Source: Octopus sinensis (taxonomy: Eukaryota). Taken from it: 64,000 bases of DNA. Where the stretch lies: NCBI RefSeq assembly GCF_006345805.1, contig NC_043012.1, forward strand, positions 496,001 to 560,000, in the 5' to 3' direction. This document shows, in pieces, positions 13,997 to 28,166 of this stretch. The notes beneath the pieces were generated by a model. The model did not search any database, was not told the origin of the DNA, and saw only the letters and a program-made list of their open reading frames with translations. Both the position numbers and the translations under genes were made by a program. How positions within the stretch are numbered: position 1 is the first letter of the stretch; the number at the start of each line of letters is the position of its first letter.

Positions 13997-15359
13997 ATAT
14001 GTATATACACATAGTTTTACTTGTCTGAGTATAGGGTAATTTGTATTTATATGTATGTAAGTTGTGCGTCTGTTTTATATGTAAACATAAACATACACAC
14101 GGAAACACACATACACAGACACACACACATATGTATATATATGTATATATATATATATATTTGCCTATGTATATCTATGTGACATTGTGCATATGTGCCA
14201 CACGTAACTATATATGTATGTTTACGTGTCTATGCGTATTTATGTGTAACCATGTGTGTCTATAATGGCCCCCTGTGACGGTATAACTATGTGTGTATGC
14301 GTACGCATGTGTATTCGTGCTGTTTGTATGTCCACCTGTGTATTTATGTCTATACGTATGAGTACGTGTATCAACGTCTGGCTCGATGGCTGTATATATG
14401 TATGTACGTGAGTATGTGTGTGTGTGTGTGTGTGTGTGTCCTCTGTCCCTTCGTCACAACGTCTTGTGCCTTGTGTAGCCGTTTTGTCTTTATCTTTGTT
14501 ACCATATTTCCTAATTTGTTTTCCTTTCCACGCCACCCTCCACACAGACATATCCTCCACCGACATAATACACCCACACACCCACACACTCTTCTATCCC
14601 ACATCACATACCACAAAACACCTCCAACCCCCACGCCACTCTCTCACACCTCACACCATTCCATCATTCCACTAACACATTTTTCTTTCTTTTTCTTGAC
14701 CGAAATCTTAATTAGGTTTCCATGTTATGGAGTGGTGGCGTGGATGGAGCGGAGGGGTGTGGAGTTAGTGTGGTGAGGGACGGAGTTGTTGGGTAGGGAG
14801 GAAAAGGAAGAAGAGTACTGCTGGGATGTTGGTGCGACGTGGGGAGAAGTAAGAGGTAGGGTATAGCCAGAAAGAGTGCGACAGGGAGGATGGGTGGGAA
14901 GGAGGCTGGAGAAGAGGGTGAGAGAAGGATAGTGAGTAAGCGGTACTTAAGGACGGGTGAGAGGTATATAAGAAAGACAGAAAGAAAGGGAGAGAGAGAG
15001 ATGGCGGAAAGAAAGAATGATAGCCATAGCCAGAAAGAAGGAGAAGAGAAATAATTAGAGGACAGAGAAAATAGGTGACAGTATAGGGAAAGAGACAAAG
15101 AGAAAGAAAGGAATGAAAGAGAGGAAGACGGAAAAAATATGACGAGAGAAAGAGATGACATAGAGAGAAGAAAAAATGACATGAGAAGAGAGGGATATGT
15201 AAGGGAGAGAAACGAGTAATTTTGGAAAAAAATAGGGTTTGAGGATAGGGGTAGACAATAGTTCCTTATTGGCGTGTCCACTGAGTGGTGGTGCCACGAT
15301 TAGGGATGCCATTCTCTGAATATTTTATGCTCTCTGTCTTAAGGAGAAGGAGAGATGGA

Positions 15360-15390
<31 letters not shown>

Positions 15391-16113
15391 TGAGGGGCAG
15401 AGAGAAAGATAGATAGAATGAAGGAGGGAGAGAAAGGGAAATTGAACACCGCTACTGGACTGGTGCTTTATATTTCTTTTAAGAAGGATGTTTCTGGAAA
15501 AAATTGAGCATTCTCATAGAGGAATTCGAACTCGTAGAGCAAGTAACCGGATTAAAAACCGCGATGTATTCTGCTTAACGACTCTAAGGATCCAGTACAT
15601 TGCAGAACTTGTGTATATATTTTCATGGGATCATATGTTGATGTAGTTGGGTTTGTATAACAGGTTGAAATAATTGGGAAGCAAATGGTGCATCGAATAT
15701 AAATATAAGTGGATAAAATCGTGGTAGCCCAAGTGTGAAAATTGAAACGATAAGATTAAGGGACGTTATACATAAGACATATGCCAGAGAATAACGAAAA
15801 GTAAGAAAAATACCGTCGTTGTCGCAGTGGTAGAGAAAGTCTAATGATGACGAGAAAATATTGTTTTTAATATTATCTGCATTCTTTGGAAGTTGCTAAA
15901 ATTGTTGGCTTTTTGTTGAAGTTTACATAACTACGAGAGAGAATTCAATTGCGATCTCTCTCTTTTTTTCTGTCTGTAGTATTGAGTACTGCATCACCTC
16001 TTCAAAAAGTTATAGAAATATCATGGCGTTGGCTTGTTTAACTTATTTCACTTGAGTAATTTTATATTTCCAATCATATATATATATACATACAAACAGG
16101 CACACACACACAC

Positions 16114-16146
<33 letters not shown>

Positions 16147-16490
16147 CACACACACACACGCACACACAGAAATATGCATAAATGTTTGTATTTATTTATA
16201 TAAATAATTTACTGTGAGTAAACCACAGGTGCGTTACGTTCCGTTAATAGATAAGTTACAATTGTACAGAAAAAGAAAACAGACAAACAGAATCGCAAGT
16301 TAAAAAATATAAAGAAAGCGCACAGACGAATGGAAAAAAAACACAGAAGGTCCCCAATTCGTCATCAGTTATCGTCCCCTGCAGGTGTCACCAGCTAGGA
16401 ATCAATATTATCGTTAAAAGCATGAAATTGCGTCAGACCCACTGGCCAATAACGGATGAGGAATTGGGAACATTCTGTGTCTGTTTTCCG

Positions 16491-16522
16491 TGTGTGCATT
16501 TACAAGACACTTTTTAAAAAAT

Positions 16523-16569
<47 letters not shown>

Positions 16570-16621
16570 CATACATACATATATATATAATTTTTTAAAA
16601 AGTGTCTTGTAAATGCACACA
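16491..16621. repeat. 35-bp perfect inverted repeat around a (TA)n spacer
   Basis: TGTGTGCATTTACAAGACACTTTTTAAAAAATTAT at 16491-16525, reverse complement at 16587-16621. Confidence 0.9.
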
Positions 16622-17184
16622 TATATATATATTTTATACACACACATGGGAGTTTTGACTGGCAACTGTTGGTTCTGCAAGCTATTGTTGCGTTCAGAGT
16701 AACAGAGAGAGAGGGGGATAGAGAGTTTGGTAAGGCATAGATGAAAGCAAAAATATTCCCTCTAAGAGATAATCGCTCAGGGTTTATAAGACATTACGCT
16801 ATTTTCCTTCTGGCTTTTATCAGTATTATTGTTAAGGTGGTTAGTTGAGGGAGCAGCTAGCACATCGGCAAACTGTCATTATTGGGGTTTATTTTGGCTT
16901 TTTACGTTCTGAGTTCAAATCCAGCTGAGGTTAACTTTACATTTCTTTACTTTATTGCTCTTTGTACCGATTATAAATATCATTAGTCATATGGATCAAT
17001 ACATTACCCTCCTGAAAGTTTGCGTAACCATCAAAGATCAACGTTTTGACCGTACTACGGATATGGTATTCCAAAATATTCCTATTTAGATAATCTTTGA
17101 TATTTTCTCTGCCACGCGAAACAACTAAAGTGACTGGAGAATTCCGTGATAAGGCTACCCAAATTCACCATAGAATCTCCTCCA

Positions 17185-17603
17185 TATTATTATTTCTTTA
17201 TTGCTCACAAGGAGCTAAACATAGAGGGGACGAACAAGGACAGACAAAAGATAAAGTCGATAACATCGACCCCAGTGCATAACTGGTACTTAATTTATCG
17301 ACCCCGAAAGGATGAAAGGCAAAGTCGATCTCGGTGGAATTTGAATTTAGAATGTAACGGCAGACGAGATACCTATTTCTTTACTACCCACAAATGGCTA
17401 AGCACAGAGAGGACAAACAAGGACAGACAAACGGATTAAGTCGATTACATCGACCCCTGTGCGTAACTGGTACTTGATTTATCGACCCTGAAAGGATGAA
17501 AGTCAAAGTGGACCGCGGCGGAATTTGAACTCAGAACGTAACAGCAGACGATATACCGCTAAGCATTTTGTCCGGCGTGCTAACGTTTCTGCCAGCTTGC
17601 CGT
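17185..17603 (-). mobile_element. Dimeric SINE family C
   Basis: Two tandem cores joined at GGCAGACGAGATAC|CTATTTCTTTACTACCCAC. Confidence 0.82.
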
Positions 17604-17609
17604 CTCCTC

Positions 17610-17900
17610 CATATTCTGTGGTATAAGTCAAACAGTCATTGTTGAATGCTTCCTTGAACTCTCTCCTGATATAACCTGCATTCATGGTCTGCAGTGGGAA
17701 CAAGGTGAATGACGATTCATTAGATAATATGGTATTATTCCATTGAATCATTCTGGTAGACTAGACACCATTGATTCAACTAAACAGTGTTGATTGGAGA
17801 GAGAAAAGACGTAGTAGCTTCAGCGCCATCATACGATATGCACTTTTATGGAGATCATAAAAAAGGTTTGCGGTTGATATAGGCAAATTCGTAGTTTATA
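17610..17900 (-). mobile_element. Tc1-family transposase remnant
   Basis: Minus frame QWNNTILSNESSFTLF..YIRREFKEAFNNDCLTYTTEYGG matches the Tc1 W..VLFSDESKF.LF..VRR..C...T.K.GG pattern. Upstream frames are degenerate. Confidence 0.72.
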
Positions 17901-19986
17901 TCTGCTGTTATTTTTACTACTGAAGTCACTGTGCAACACTCAAAAAAGTACAGGATATCTGTGGCCATTTTTATATGCAAAATGACATGGGAAATCCATT
18001 TCTGGCCTTCTTTTTGTTGAATTAGGTATGATTTCTACAGAATTGTCACTGTATACCCTATTTTCTTTTATTATTAAGTAAAATTCTCTACCGCATTGTA
18101 TAATGGGTTTCAACCCAGGGCTAGAGACCAATCTTAGTAACACCTACAATGTGATTCAAAGCTTGTGTTTAATGTTATTTTTTATCTTTCAGATCTTATT
18201 TGTTATCAACAATGAGTGCAAGACAGTTTCCAAAATGATCACACTCCGCACAAGAGAGCTTAGATGGACAGAAGTTGTTTAAACTGACAGGTGTGTTTTT
18301 AATTCATAACCAATATATGTTTTGTTATACCAACTAAATTTTTGTTTTGTTTTTTGTAACTTTCAGTATTTGCAATGTTGTGTTCAATACGCAATATTAT
18401 TCAGTATATTATAAAACATATGGTTCATGGTACAGGAAAACGGTGCCTAATCTGGAGAAAGAAAGGTCAGAATCAGAATCAGGACAATTTGACCTAGAAA
18501 CAAGTCTTACTTAACTTGTAGTTTGTTTGAACCTGAAATTTGTTGCACAGTGAGTTCAATGGTTTTTATACGTAATAAGTTGTATTATTCTGCGGATCAT
18601 CTCAGTAAGCTTTGCATTCCGCTCAGAATTATGTCTGTCAGAACTAGTCTTACCTTAATTTTAAAATATCAACATGAATTTAGAGATTTCATCTTTCGAA
18701 TCATCAAAATATTCAGTAGCTTAATTGACTAAATTTCCTACCGTAGGCGTTCAAAAAATGTGTCCTCTTTGGAAATCAGATCCAAAGAGAGAAATATAGA
18801 GAGGGCTATATCATGAAGGCATATGTAACGTATATCAAAGCTAGTATATAGAATAGAACGATCTCGAATTTGTCATATTTCCAATAGAAACAGAAGTTAA
18901 CTAAAAATAGTGATTCAATTATTTCGTTCACGACCCGTATATACATATAAACATATATACCCGCACACACACAAACACATATTCACATATACAGACATAC
19001 ACACATAAATACATTTTACGGTAATTGACTGTACAAAAATATAGAATAACGTAAGGGAAAACAGCTTGTGTAATACACTTAGAAATTTGAACGATTTAGT
19101 ATGAAATAAAAACAATGTAATTGAATATGTTAATATATTAATGGCAAAGTTTCGAGATAGTTAACAGGAAGGTTATATAGCGCATGTATTTTAATTGTAG
19201 GGATTAGAAGGAAGGAACTGATGTAGATATGAGGAATTTCAAAAGTAGAAAGGTAGGGACGGATATAGTGTAAGAAATTTAATGACATGTTGAGTAAGAA
19301 TTTGATGTATAGAAGTGAGTAGGAATATACTTTGTATAAGTTAGATTGTATGTCAGGTCAAGGGTCTCATCACGGACTAATGAGACCTCCTGCTGTGGCC
19401 ATATAAATTAGTATTACCTGTTGCATGGTCGAGTGGTCGACAGTTAAACCACTTCCCCATTTGAGTAGCTTGCTACACTTGGCGCAAATGTGTCTGGACA
19501 ACGAAGGAAGACTAAAAGCAAGACTTGGCGAAGGATGGATGAACTAGCTACTTGCGGGCCAACGGCCATCCACTTGTGGAGGGCAATGGCAAACCAACCT
19601 AATGTCTCTGCTAAGAAAACACAATGTGAAAGTTAGAATGAAGTATCGTTATGGCTTCATCCGATGGAAGAATTTCGTGTCTACCATTATCCTTAACGCG
19701 CTGTAGAAGACTACGGTACTTGACGACAGAGACGAAAACAATGATGGGTTCAATAGTTTTCACGATCGAGCTAGAGTCATCTAAACTGGTGAGAATGATG
19801 TCACTGATGACTAATCTAAAGATCTGTATGTCAATGTCTTTATTTCAAGCAAAATTGGGTGAGTAACTGAAGGACATGTATCGCTACTTAAAGTACGCTT
19901 GGACAAAATGGCGGCGGGGAAAGTTATAACGATGATGATGATGGTTATGTTGGTGTTCGTGTGTCTATGTGTGTCTGTGTTTGTGT

Positions 19987-20207
19987 GTGTGAGAGAGAGA
20001 GAGAGGGGGGAGGTAATACGTTAGAGAGAGCGGGAGTGAAATGGAGAGGAAGTAAAATAATATTGGTGAGGAGGAGTTGTGTGAGAGAAAATTAGAAATT
20101 GTGAGCGAGGAGTTGGAAGGAAATATGGCGGTATTGGTGAAAGAGAGAGAGAGAGAGAGTGCTTGAGAGAGGAAAACAGAGAGAAGTGGGTGGATATGAA
20201 AGAGACG

Positions 20208-20246
<39 letters not shown>

Positions 20247-20495
20247 AAGAGGAGGAGGAGGATGAAGAGGAGAGAGAGGGAGAGAAGGAGAGAGATGGGA
20301 AAATTCGAACAGAAACAGAGACCGTGAAAGGGAGATGCTGGGGAGAAAGACAATATGGGCGAAAGAATATGAGGGGAAAAGAAGGGAAGAGAAGAAGTGG
20401 AGAGACAGTGTTCTGGATTTGTCAGACAGAATGTGTGTGTATGAGAGAGAGAGAGAGAGAGAGAGTGAGAGAAGAAGTGAGAGAGAGAGTGAGGG
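19987..20495. repeat. (GA)n-rich polypurine low-complexity tract
   Basis: Direct reading. Confidence 0.85.
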
Positions 20496-20953
20496 GGATG
20501 TGTACGGGTAATTATCTACACGTGTAGATGTGTTTGTCCATCCGTGCACAAATGCGTACATTAGTTCGTAAATGGGCTTAAATATTTGTACATATCTGTA
20601 TCTGAACGCATGTCAATGTACGTGTCTGTATCAAAATACGTGTGTTATACACCTATGTACACGTAGGTATATGACTGTGGAAGCACACACACATATATAT
20701 ATATATACGTGTGTTTTTATCAATACATATATGTATATGTAGACATGCGTATGCATATATACATTTATACACACACATCTGTATATATATATATATAAAT
20801 GTGTGTGTGTGTGTGTGAGTGTGTGTGTGCACATGGATGTATACGTGCAAAGAAGCTATGAATGGAATGTAACAAGGTAACGGAGAGAGAGATAAAGTAA
20901 AATATCTTTGCTCTATTTTCTTGAAGTTTTTTTTATCACTATCTATCTATCTA

Positions 20954-20986
<33 letters not shown>

Positions 20987-21007
20987 CTGTTTCTCACTAT
21001 ATATATA

Positions 21008-21063
21008 CTAGCAGTATCGCCCGGTGTTGCTCGGGTTTGTAAGGGAAATAACTATATAAGCAT
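21008..21063 (-). mobile_element. Helitron 3'-terminal fragment
   Basis: CTAGCAGTATCGCCCGGTGTTGCTCGGGTTTGTAAGGGAAATAACTATATAAGCAT matches the 55416 end. Confidence 0.85.
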
Positions 21064-21127
21064 GGTTACAGTCAATCTTCAGGTTAATTGAAATATTTCA
21101 ATTAACCTGAAGATTGACTGTAACCAT
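21062..21127. repeat. Perfect 66-bp palindrome
   Basis: ATGGTTACAGTCAATCTTCAGGTTAATTGAAAT is followed directly by its reverse complement. Confidence 0.95.
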
Positions 21128-21172
21128 AACTCGAATTATTACGAATTGTACAGCCATGAAACGATCGTAGTG
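21107..21172 (+). ncRNA. Hammerhead-like motif with extended stem II and weak stem I
   Basis: CTGAAGA (21107-13), TGACTGTA/TACAGCCA stem, GAAAC-GATC-GTA (palindrome ACGATCGT). Confidence 0.65.
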
Positions 21173-21393
21173 TTTTACTCTTTATCTTTTATTAAACTGT
21201 TAATACTTTTTTATATATATTTAAAATAATATAAATTAATTAATTTTATGTATTGGCTTGTCTTTCATTGTTTGATTTGCCTAATAGTGGTTTTATCTCT
21301 AATTTAATATAATATAATATATTTTACTTTAAAATTGGATTTAATCCTAAATCTGATTTTTCCCTGTAAGTTTGGATTTATTTCCAAATATTT

Positions 21394-21433
<40 letters not shown>

Positions 21434-22106
21434 GTATGAAAGTACGTATGTTTGAATGTATGTATTTGAGAATAGATTTAGTGTTTAGGATTAAGTACTT
21501 AATGTAAAAATAAGGGCCTCGGTGAAGGTTTATGGTTAGTATCAAATTTCGGTGGATATTAGGGATTTTGGTAAGTGATAGAGGGATTGATATAAATCAA
21601 ATTTCTTGATTTTTTTCCCATTTTTATGAACATAATTGCCTAGGGAGGTTTTATTTATTTTTCGAGGAACAAGAAAATAAAAACAGAAAAATATTACCCC
21701 TAATGTCCATTCCGAAACCGAATATATGTTCAGAAGGATTGCAATAATGTAAAAATGAAAATTAATTACTTCGCGATGTTAGTGTTGACATTTTCACTAT
21801 ATAGCCTGAGCAACACAGTGTGTTGCGCATATATGTATGTGAGTCTACAAAACAGAGAGCGATGTATACACACACACATACACACATTTATTCACCTTGT
21901 CTATATTGCTTTCCACACACTTTCTCTTGAATATGTTTTTTTTCTTTCTACAGTTTATGTTTATATTTACAATTATATTCAATTATTTGTTATGAATATT
22001 TAATATAAGGACAAGCGTAGTAAGGGCCCATTCCTTAACGAAGCGGGCAAATAACATGACTGCATGAACTCAGTATTTTTAGCGGCACATCATTTTATGT
22101 ATGCAA

Positions 22107-22200
22107 GTACCTGACGTGACAAAATATGCAACAAAATATGATGTACTTTATCTCACACATATAGGACAGCCACAGGATGGGTCGAAACGATCGTCATGCC
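22107..22200 (+). ncRNA. Degenerate hammerhead-like motif
   Basis: CTGACGT (A9 changed), GAC...GTC stem with a long loop, GAAAC-GATC-GTC (palindrome ACGATCGT). Confidence 0.5.
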
Positions 22201-22242
22201 GAAAAAGACAAATACTAAAACCACCTTCTGTTTCATTAATCG

Positions 22243-22308
<66 letters not shown>

Positions 22309-22984
22309 GGTGCATCAGCATGGCCGCAGCTCTGAGCTGAAACAGGAATATATATATATATATATACATATATATACAAATATATATATATAAACATATG
22401 TAACATATATATTTATATAGAATTGGTTATTATAGAGCGTGGCATAATTGAAAATATAAATATCGTACATATATATAATTATGGAAATATTTATGTAAAG
22501 GCCTTGGGTTGCAGAGTTAGAAGTGATGTAAAAATACCCTAATATTTTTTATCTAAACACGAAAAATATTTTTTTGCAGATACGTAGTTTCTGTCATGGA
22601 CACTACATATCCCTGTCAATACCACACTACGTTATAGTTCCCTGGCTTTTGAAGCCAACATATCATTTCATTTAAATCCTTACTCGTTTTACTATTACAA
22701 ATCCGAGTTTTCTGTTTTGGTTTTCTTTTTTTACTATTACAAATCCGAGAACTCTATAATACTTTCTAACAGAACTGCTATTTTGTTTTGTCTTTGGTTA
22801 GTAAATGTTATTTTCTATTTGCTTCTAGCAAGAAATCAAAGGAAATAAGAGCACTTATCTTCAAATTTTGCTTTTGTGATCTAGACATCTGTGTTTTAAA
22901 ACTGGCCAATATTCAATGAGAGTTCAGACAGATTCAGCGCTGAGTTGCTGAAGCAGAAATATCGTTAAATCAAATATTCTGTTC

Positions 22985-23070
22985 AATACCACAGATTTGC
23001 TTGACAGCTGTTTGACCATAACCATTTCAGCATGTCCCTTAGTGGCTAACAATACGTGCGTCTTTGATCG
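22985..23070 (+). mobile_element. Family D internal fragment
   Basis: CAATACCACAGATTTGCTTG..CATGTCCCTTAGTGGCT matches the family D interior. Confidence 0.6.
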
Positions 23071-23414
23071 AAAGATAGATAGATGTACTTGCACATACAA
23101 ATGCACGTTCCCACGGCTTTATTGATCGCATTCTCACCTGGAATCGATTTTTGTAATTTTTTAAAGACTTATACACGCCCTGATACAGTCAGTCTATATA
23201 ATGCTGACCAAAGTATTGTGGGTTTATCTAGCAGAACTGAACTGTGAAAAGCCCGCCGCATATATATACATATATATATCTACTTATCTTTATATTTAGC
23301 TGTCTGTCTATTGTCTGCCTGTCTGTTTGTCTATTTTTCTATCTTAATCTATATTTCTATCAATCTAATTTTATATCTATCAATCTATCTTCCTATCTAT
23401 CTTCCTATCTATCC

Positions 23415-23486
<72 letters not shown>

Positions 23487-23565
23487 ATCTATATAACTAT
23501 CTATCTATCTGTTTGTCTGTCTGTCTATCTGTCTATCTATCTTTCTATCTATCTATCTTTCTATC

Positions 23566-24074
23566 AAGTTTCACTTGAAGAGGAAAGTGAGAGTAGAGAG
23601 GCAAGTGAATGTTTTAAAAAAAGATGGGTGAATGTAGCAAGGATGGCACGTATGATTGACGAAGCCACCTTGACTATGATTCTATGAACCGTAAAAATTA
23701 ATAGAGAGAGTTGCTTATTTGCAAAAAAAAGAAATATAACATGTGACGTCATTGACCGAGGTTATCGTGGTCTTTTCCGTAGGCTTTTCTTTCCACGGGT
23801 AAACCTCACCTGTCCTCCCCTTTACACTTCATATTGATATTTCTGTGATAACGATCCCTATTGATCAATTTTTTTTCCTTTCCCTTTTTTCCTCACCCCC
23901 CTTCTTTTATTTTATTTTATTTTATTTTATCCCCCCCTTTTTTGTCCTCGTTCTTTCCATTTACGATCCCTTTTGATCGAAAACCAAACCCCCTTCTTTT
24001 ACCCCCCAACAGAAAAACTCTACCTTGTAATTTTGTCCTGTCTGTGTGCAGCCCTGTGTGGCTAATAAAGAAAC
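23566..24074 (+). mobile_element. 5'-truncated copy of the same Tx1-like LINE in (TATC)n
   Basis: Matches 62330-62845 (ORF2 end [25 protein letters not shown], 3'UTR, GGCTAATAAAGAAACA end). (TATC)n on both sides. Confidence 0.92.
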
Positions 24075-24120
24075 ATATCTTTCTATCAATCTAACTTTCT
24101 GTCTATCAATCTATCTTTCT

Positions 24121-24164
<44 letters not shown>

Positions 24165-24165
24165 T

Positions 24166-24243
<78 letters not shown>

Positions 24244-24843
24244 GTCTGTCTGTCTCTGTCTGTCTATCTTTTCTATGTTTAAATATCTCTTCTGCAATCC
24301 GTGTATGCGTATGCCTATATCTCCTCAAGTACTTTCCTACCTGGGTTTATCAGCATGTGTATAAGTCGTACTGTATTTTCTATACGTGAAACAATGTCTA
24401 TCTATGAAGAGGCATTTATATCTCTCTGTGTAGTATTGTGAATGACTATCAAAATGCATCTATGACTCTATATATGCGTCTGTTTGGTTGTTATTGTGTT
24501 CGTCCATTAATGTATATATGCATTTACATAGCGACATGTGTGCGAGAGTTTCTTGGTGTATGTGTAGAATGCTAGTGCTTTTAGTCAAGTGTTCTAACTT
24601 TTTATGAGTGAAGGTGTGTATATCCGATGTTTTGTATATACTTAAACCTTGTTTTATATGTATATAAATATGAATATTCATATACGTATGCATATTTACA
24701 TATGTATGTCTATATATATATATGTTATATATTAATATCTATCTATCTATCCATCTAAATATATATATATATATAAATATATGTAATTATACACACATAT
24801 ATATATATAAATATATGTAAATATGCACATATATATGTATATA

Positions 24844-24923
<80 letters not shown>

Positions 24924-25128
24924 TATGTAAATATACATATATATGTATATATATATATATATATTATGTTATATATTTGTGTGTGTATGTGAGTGTGTGC
25001 GTGTGTGTATAGTTTTATTCTTGTTAATAATAGTCTGATTCAGCCCCATATATGTATATATGTATGTGTATATATATGTATGTATGCATATATACATATA
25101 TACATACATACATATATATATATGTATA

Positions 25129-25179
<51 letters not shown>

Positions 25180-25516
25180 GTATGTATGTATGTATGTATG
25201 TATGTATGTATGTATGTATGAATGCATGCATATATCTTAATGTGCAACTATAATGCCTTCATTCGTGTGTGAGTCTGTCATGTAGGTAAAATGAACTAAT
25301 AGGTACAAGTTTGTTTGTATAAGATTATGTATGCGCGCATGTATGGATGTGTATGTATGTGTATGTCTGCATGTTTGTGAGAGTAAGAGTGAGAGAGAGG
25401 GGGGAAGGAGAAAGGTGGAGCGAGACTGTCTGCATCACACGAATATGTATATGCATATGTATATATATATACATACATATATATATATAATATATATACA
25501 TATCATATATATATTA

Positions 25517-25559
<43 letters not shown>

Positions 25560-25689
25560 ATATATATGTATATGTATATTATATATATATATATGAATAT
25601 ATATATATATGTAGATATATGTTTGTCTGTAAGTCATATATGTATGTGTTAGTCCTTAAAGATTATCTACGTGTGCCTGTCTGTCTGAT

Positions 25690-25720
<31 letters not shown>

Positions 25721-25784
25721 GCATATATATGTATATATATCAGGCATTACGTATCACATTATGTATAGATGCACATATGTACAT

Positions 25785-25858
<74 letters not shown>

Positions 25859-26045
25859 GTCTGGGGAATATATGTTGATATATATAAATATATATAAACA
25901 TATATATATTTATGTATGTGTGTGTGTGTATGTATGTTTGTCTGGGATGGGGTGTATGTGTGCGTAGACATTTGACCTTTGTTGAATATCGGTTAAGTTG
26001 GCCGAAACCGAAAGTAATTTTTCTAGTACTTAAGACACATATCGG

Positions 26046-26880
26046 GTAGGTGGGGTCGGAGAGTAGGTGGTTGCGGCGATGGCGGTTGTTGTGACGGGAG
26101 ACGATGATGATGGTATGTGGTGATGGGAGTGGAGGTCTTGACGGTTACGGTGATGGTGGTGGGATGGCACGTTTTGGTGACTGTGGTGGTGTCGTTGACG
26201 AATGATGCTGGTAGTGACGCGCGAGACGATGGCGGTGATGGCTTCGGTGGCGGCAGCTGTAGTGGTGGTTGTGGTTATGGTGGTTGTGGTGATGGTTGTG
26301 GTGGTCATTCTCAACATAATAACGGTGGTTGTAGTGCTGGTTACGACGATGGTGGTGTCATGGTAGTGTTGGTGATAGTGGTGGTGTTGTCAATGGTGTT
26401 GGCGTGAGGGTGTTGAGGATGGTTGTAGTTGTGAGCATGGTGGTGATGAAAGCAGTCTTGGAGATGGTGGTGTTGATGGTTAGTGGGTGTGACGGTGGCA
26501 GTGATCCTTAACATAATAGTGGTAGTGAGGATGGCAGCCTAGGTGTAGTGGCAGTGGTGTTGTTGTTGGTGGTGATGGTAGTGTTGTTGTTGTTGTTGTT
26601 AATGGTGGTGGTGGTGGTGGTGGTGATGGTAGTAAGTATAATGGTCGTCCTGGTGATTTTGGTGCTGCTGTGATGGTACTACACCTCTGATTGTAATCTT
26701 GGTAGTTTGATGGTAACGGTGCTGGTGACGATAGTAGTGAAGACGGTGATAGTTACATTGATATTGGCGTTCATGATGATGATGGTGATGATTATGATGA
26801 GGATAGTGTCGAGAAGGGAGTTAATGACGGAGGTGGGTGGATCGTTATGACGACGCTAGTGGAGACGATGGCAGCGGAGG

Positions 26881-26935
<55 letters not shown>

Positions 26936-26936
26936 A
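26046..26936. repeat. Degenerate (GGT/GAT/GTT)n trinucleotide tract
   Basis: Direct reading. Ends in pure (GAT)n. Confidence 0.88.
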
Positions 26937-27515
26937 TCTTCTACTATGGGAAGAAAGACTGAAATTTGGTCTGCGGGGGCCTATCAGAGCGGGCGATGTG
27001 TGTGTTTATGATCGAAACGCCTAAGCTCCACGTGGCTCCGGCAGAAGGTAATGGCGAACTTCTGCTGACTCTTTCGCCACAACTTTCTTTCACTCTTTCC
27101 TCCTGCATCTTGAAGCTCACCTGCGACGAAACTGGGAAACAAACCCTATGCTCCCAAAGGGGCAAAAAGAATTGAGAAGAAGAATGCTCACCTGGTGCTT
27201 AATTTATCGACCCCGAAAATATGAAAGGCAGAGCCGCCCTCAGCAAAATTTCAACTCAGAACGTAATCACGAACGAAATGCAGTTAAATATTTTATCCGG
27301 CCTATTATCCGCCTTAATAACAACAACAACAACAACTTTCGTAATAACAATAGTGATCCTTGAAATTTTGGGAGAAGGGACTAATCGATTACATTGATCT
27401 AGTGTTTCTCTGGCACCTTATCGACTCCAAAAGGTTGAAAGGTAAAGGCCACCGCGTTAGAATTTGAACTCAGAACGTAGCGACGTATTTCGTCCAGTGT
27501 GATAAGGTTTATGCC

Positions 27516-27549
<34 letters not shown>

Positions 27550-27563
27550 TAATAATAATAATA

Positions 27564-28113
27564 TGATGCAGTACCAGGCAGTGGCTCTCATGGCTTCTGA
27601 TCTTAACTGATTGGAAGTATTATCATGTACATCGATTTGTCTTGGTATAAAAGATGTGCTACAGCAAATATTCTGCTCAATACCACAGATTTGCTTGTCA
27701 GTTGTTTGACCTTAACCAGTTGAGCATGTCCCTTAGTGGCTGACGATATGTGCATCTCTGATCACGAGCAGAAGTAGTGGGGGAGCATCATAGCCATGTG
27801 TTGAGAGGGATTCTTTGGGGTTTGAATAATTCACCTCTGGAAACATGGGTGTTTCTTTCAACATCCTTAAACAACCCTTATTCAGGGACCTTTTGAGCGG
27901 GATGGGCTACTCAACCTGAAGAAAATTCTAACTGGGTCCCACCTGCAAGGTCATGTGCTGTTTATCTTGATATGAGATCACCATGTCGCGCACATATGGT
28001 TGTGATACATGTGCCTAGTATACCCTTATCAGACGGGTAGTTATGATGGGTATACTGGGCTTCGTATATTTTACCCCAGTGTCACTGTGATAGTATGATC
28101 TGCTCTCTCGCTC
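27564..28113 (+). mobile_element. Family D copy
   Basis: TGATGCAGTACCAGGCAG...TGCTCTCTCGCTC between (AAT)n tracts. Confidence 0.88.
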
Positions 28114-28161
<48 letters not shown>

Positions 28162-28166
28162 CATAT

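Larger units (their letters stand above)
21062..21395 (+). mobile_element. Penelope-like terminal-repeat unit (family P1) with inverted duplication
   Basis: 66-bp palindrome, hammerhead motif, then the shared segment TATTGGCTT..TTTGATTTGCCTAATAGTGG..TTTGGATTTATT ending in (TA)n. Homologous to 31726-31967 and 34219-34447. Confidence 0.6.

Noticed and set aside
15979-16056. Possible exon after TTTTTTCTGTCTGTAG
   Set aside because: An isolated acceptor-like site. The frames hit stops and match nothing I recognise.
19400-19640. GAGGGCAATGGCAAACC motif resembling RTE-related SINE tails
   Set aside because: A single, very degenerate occurrence whose boundaries could not be defined.
26030-26407. 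Thr/His-rich and Gly/Val-rich ORFs
   Set aside because: Opposite-strand readings of a GGT/GAT low-complexity tract.
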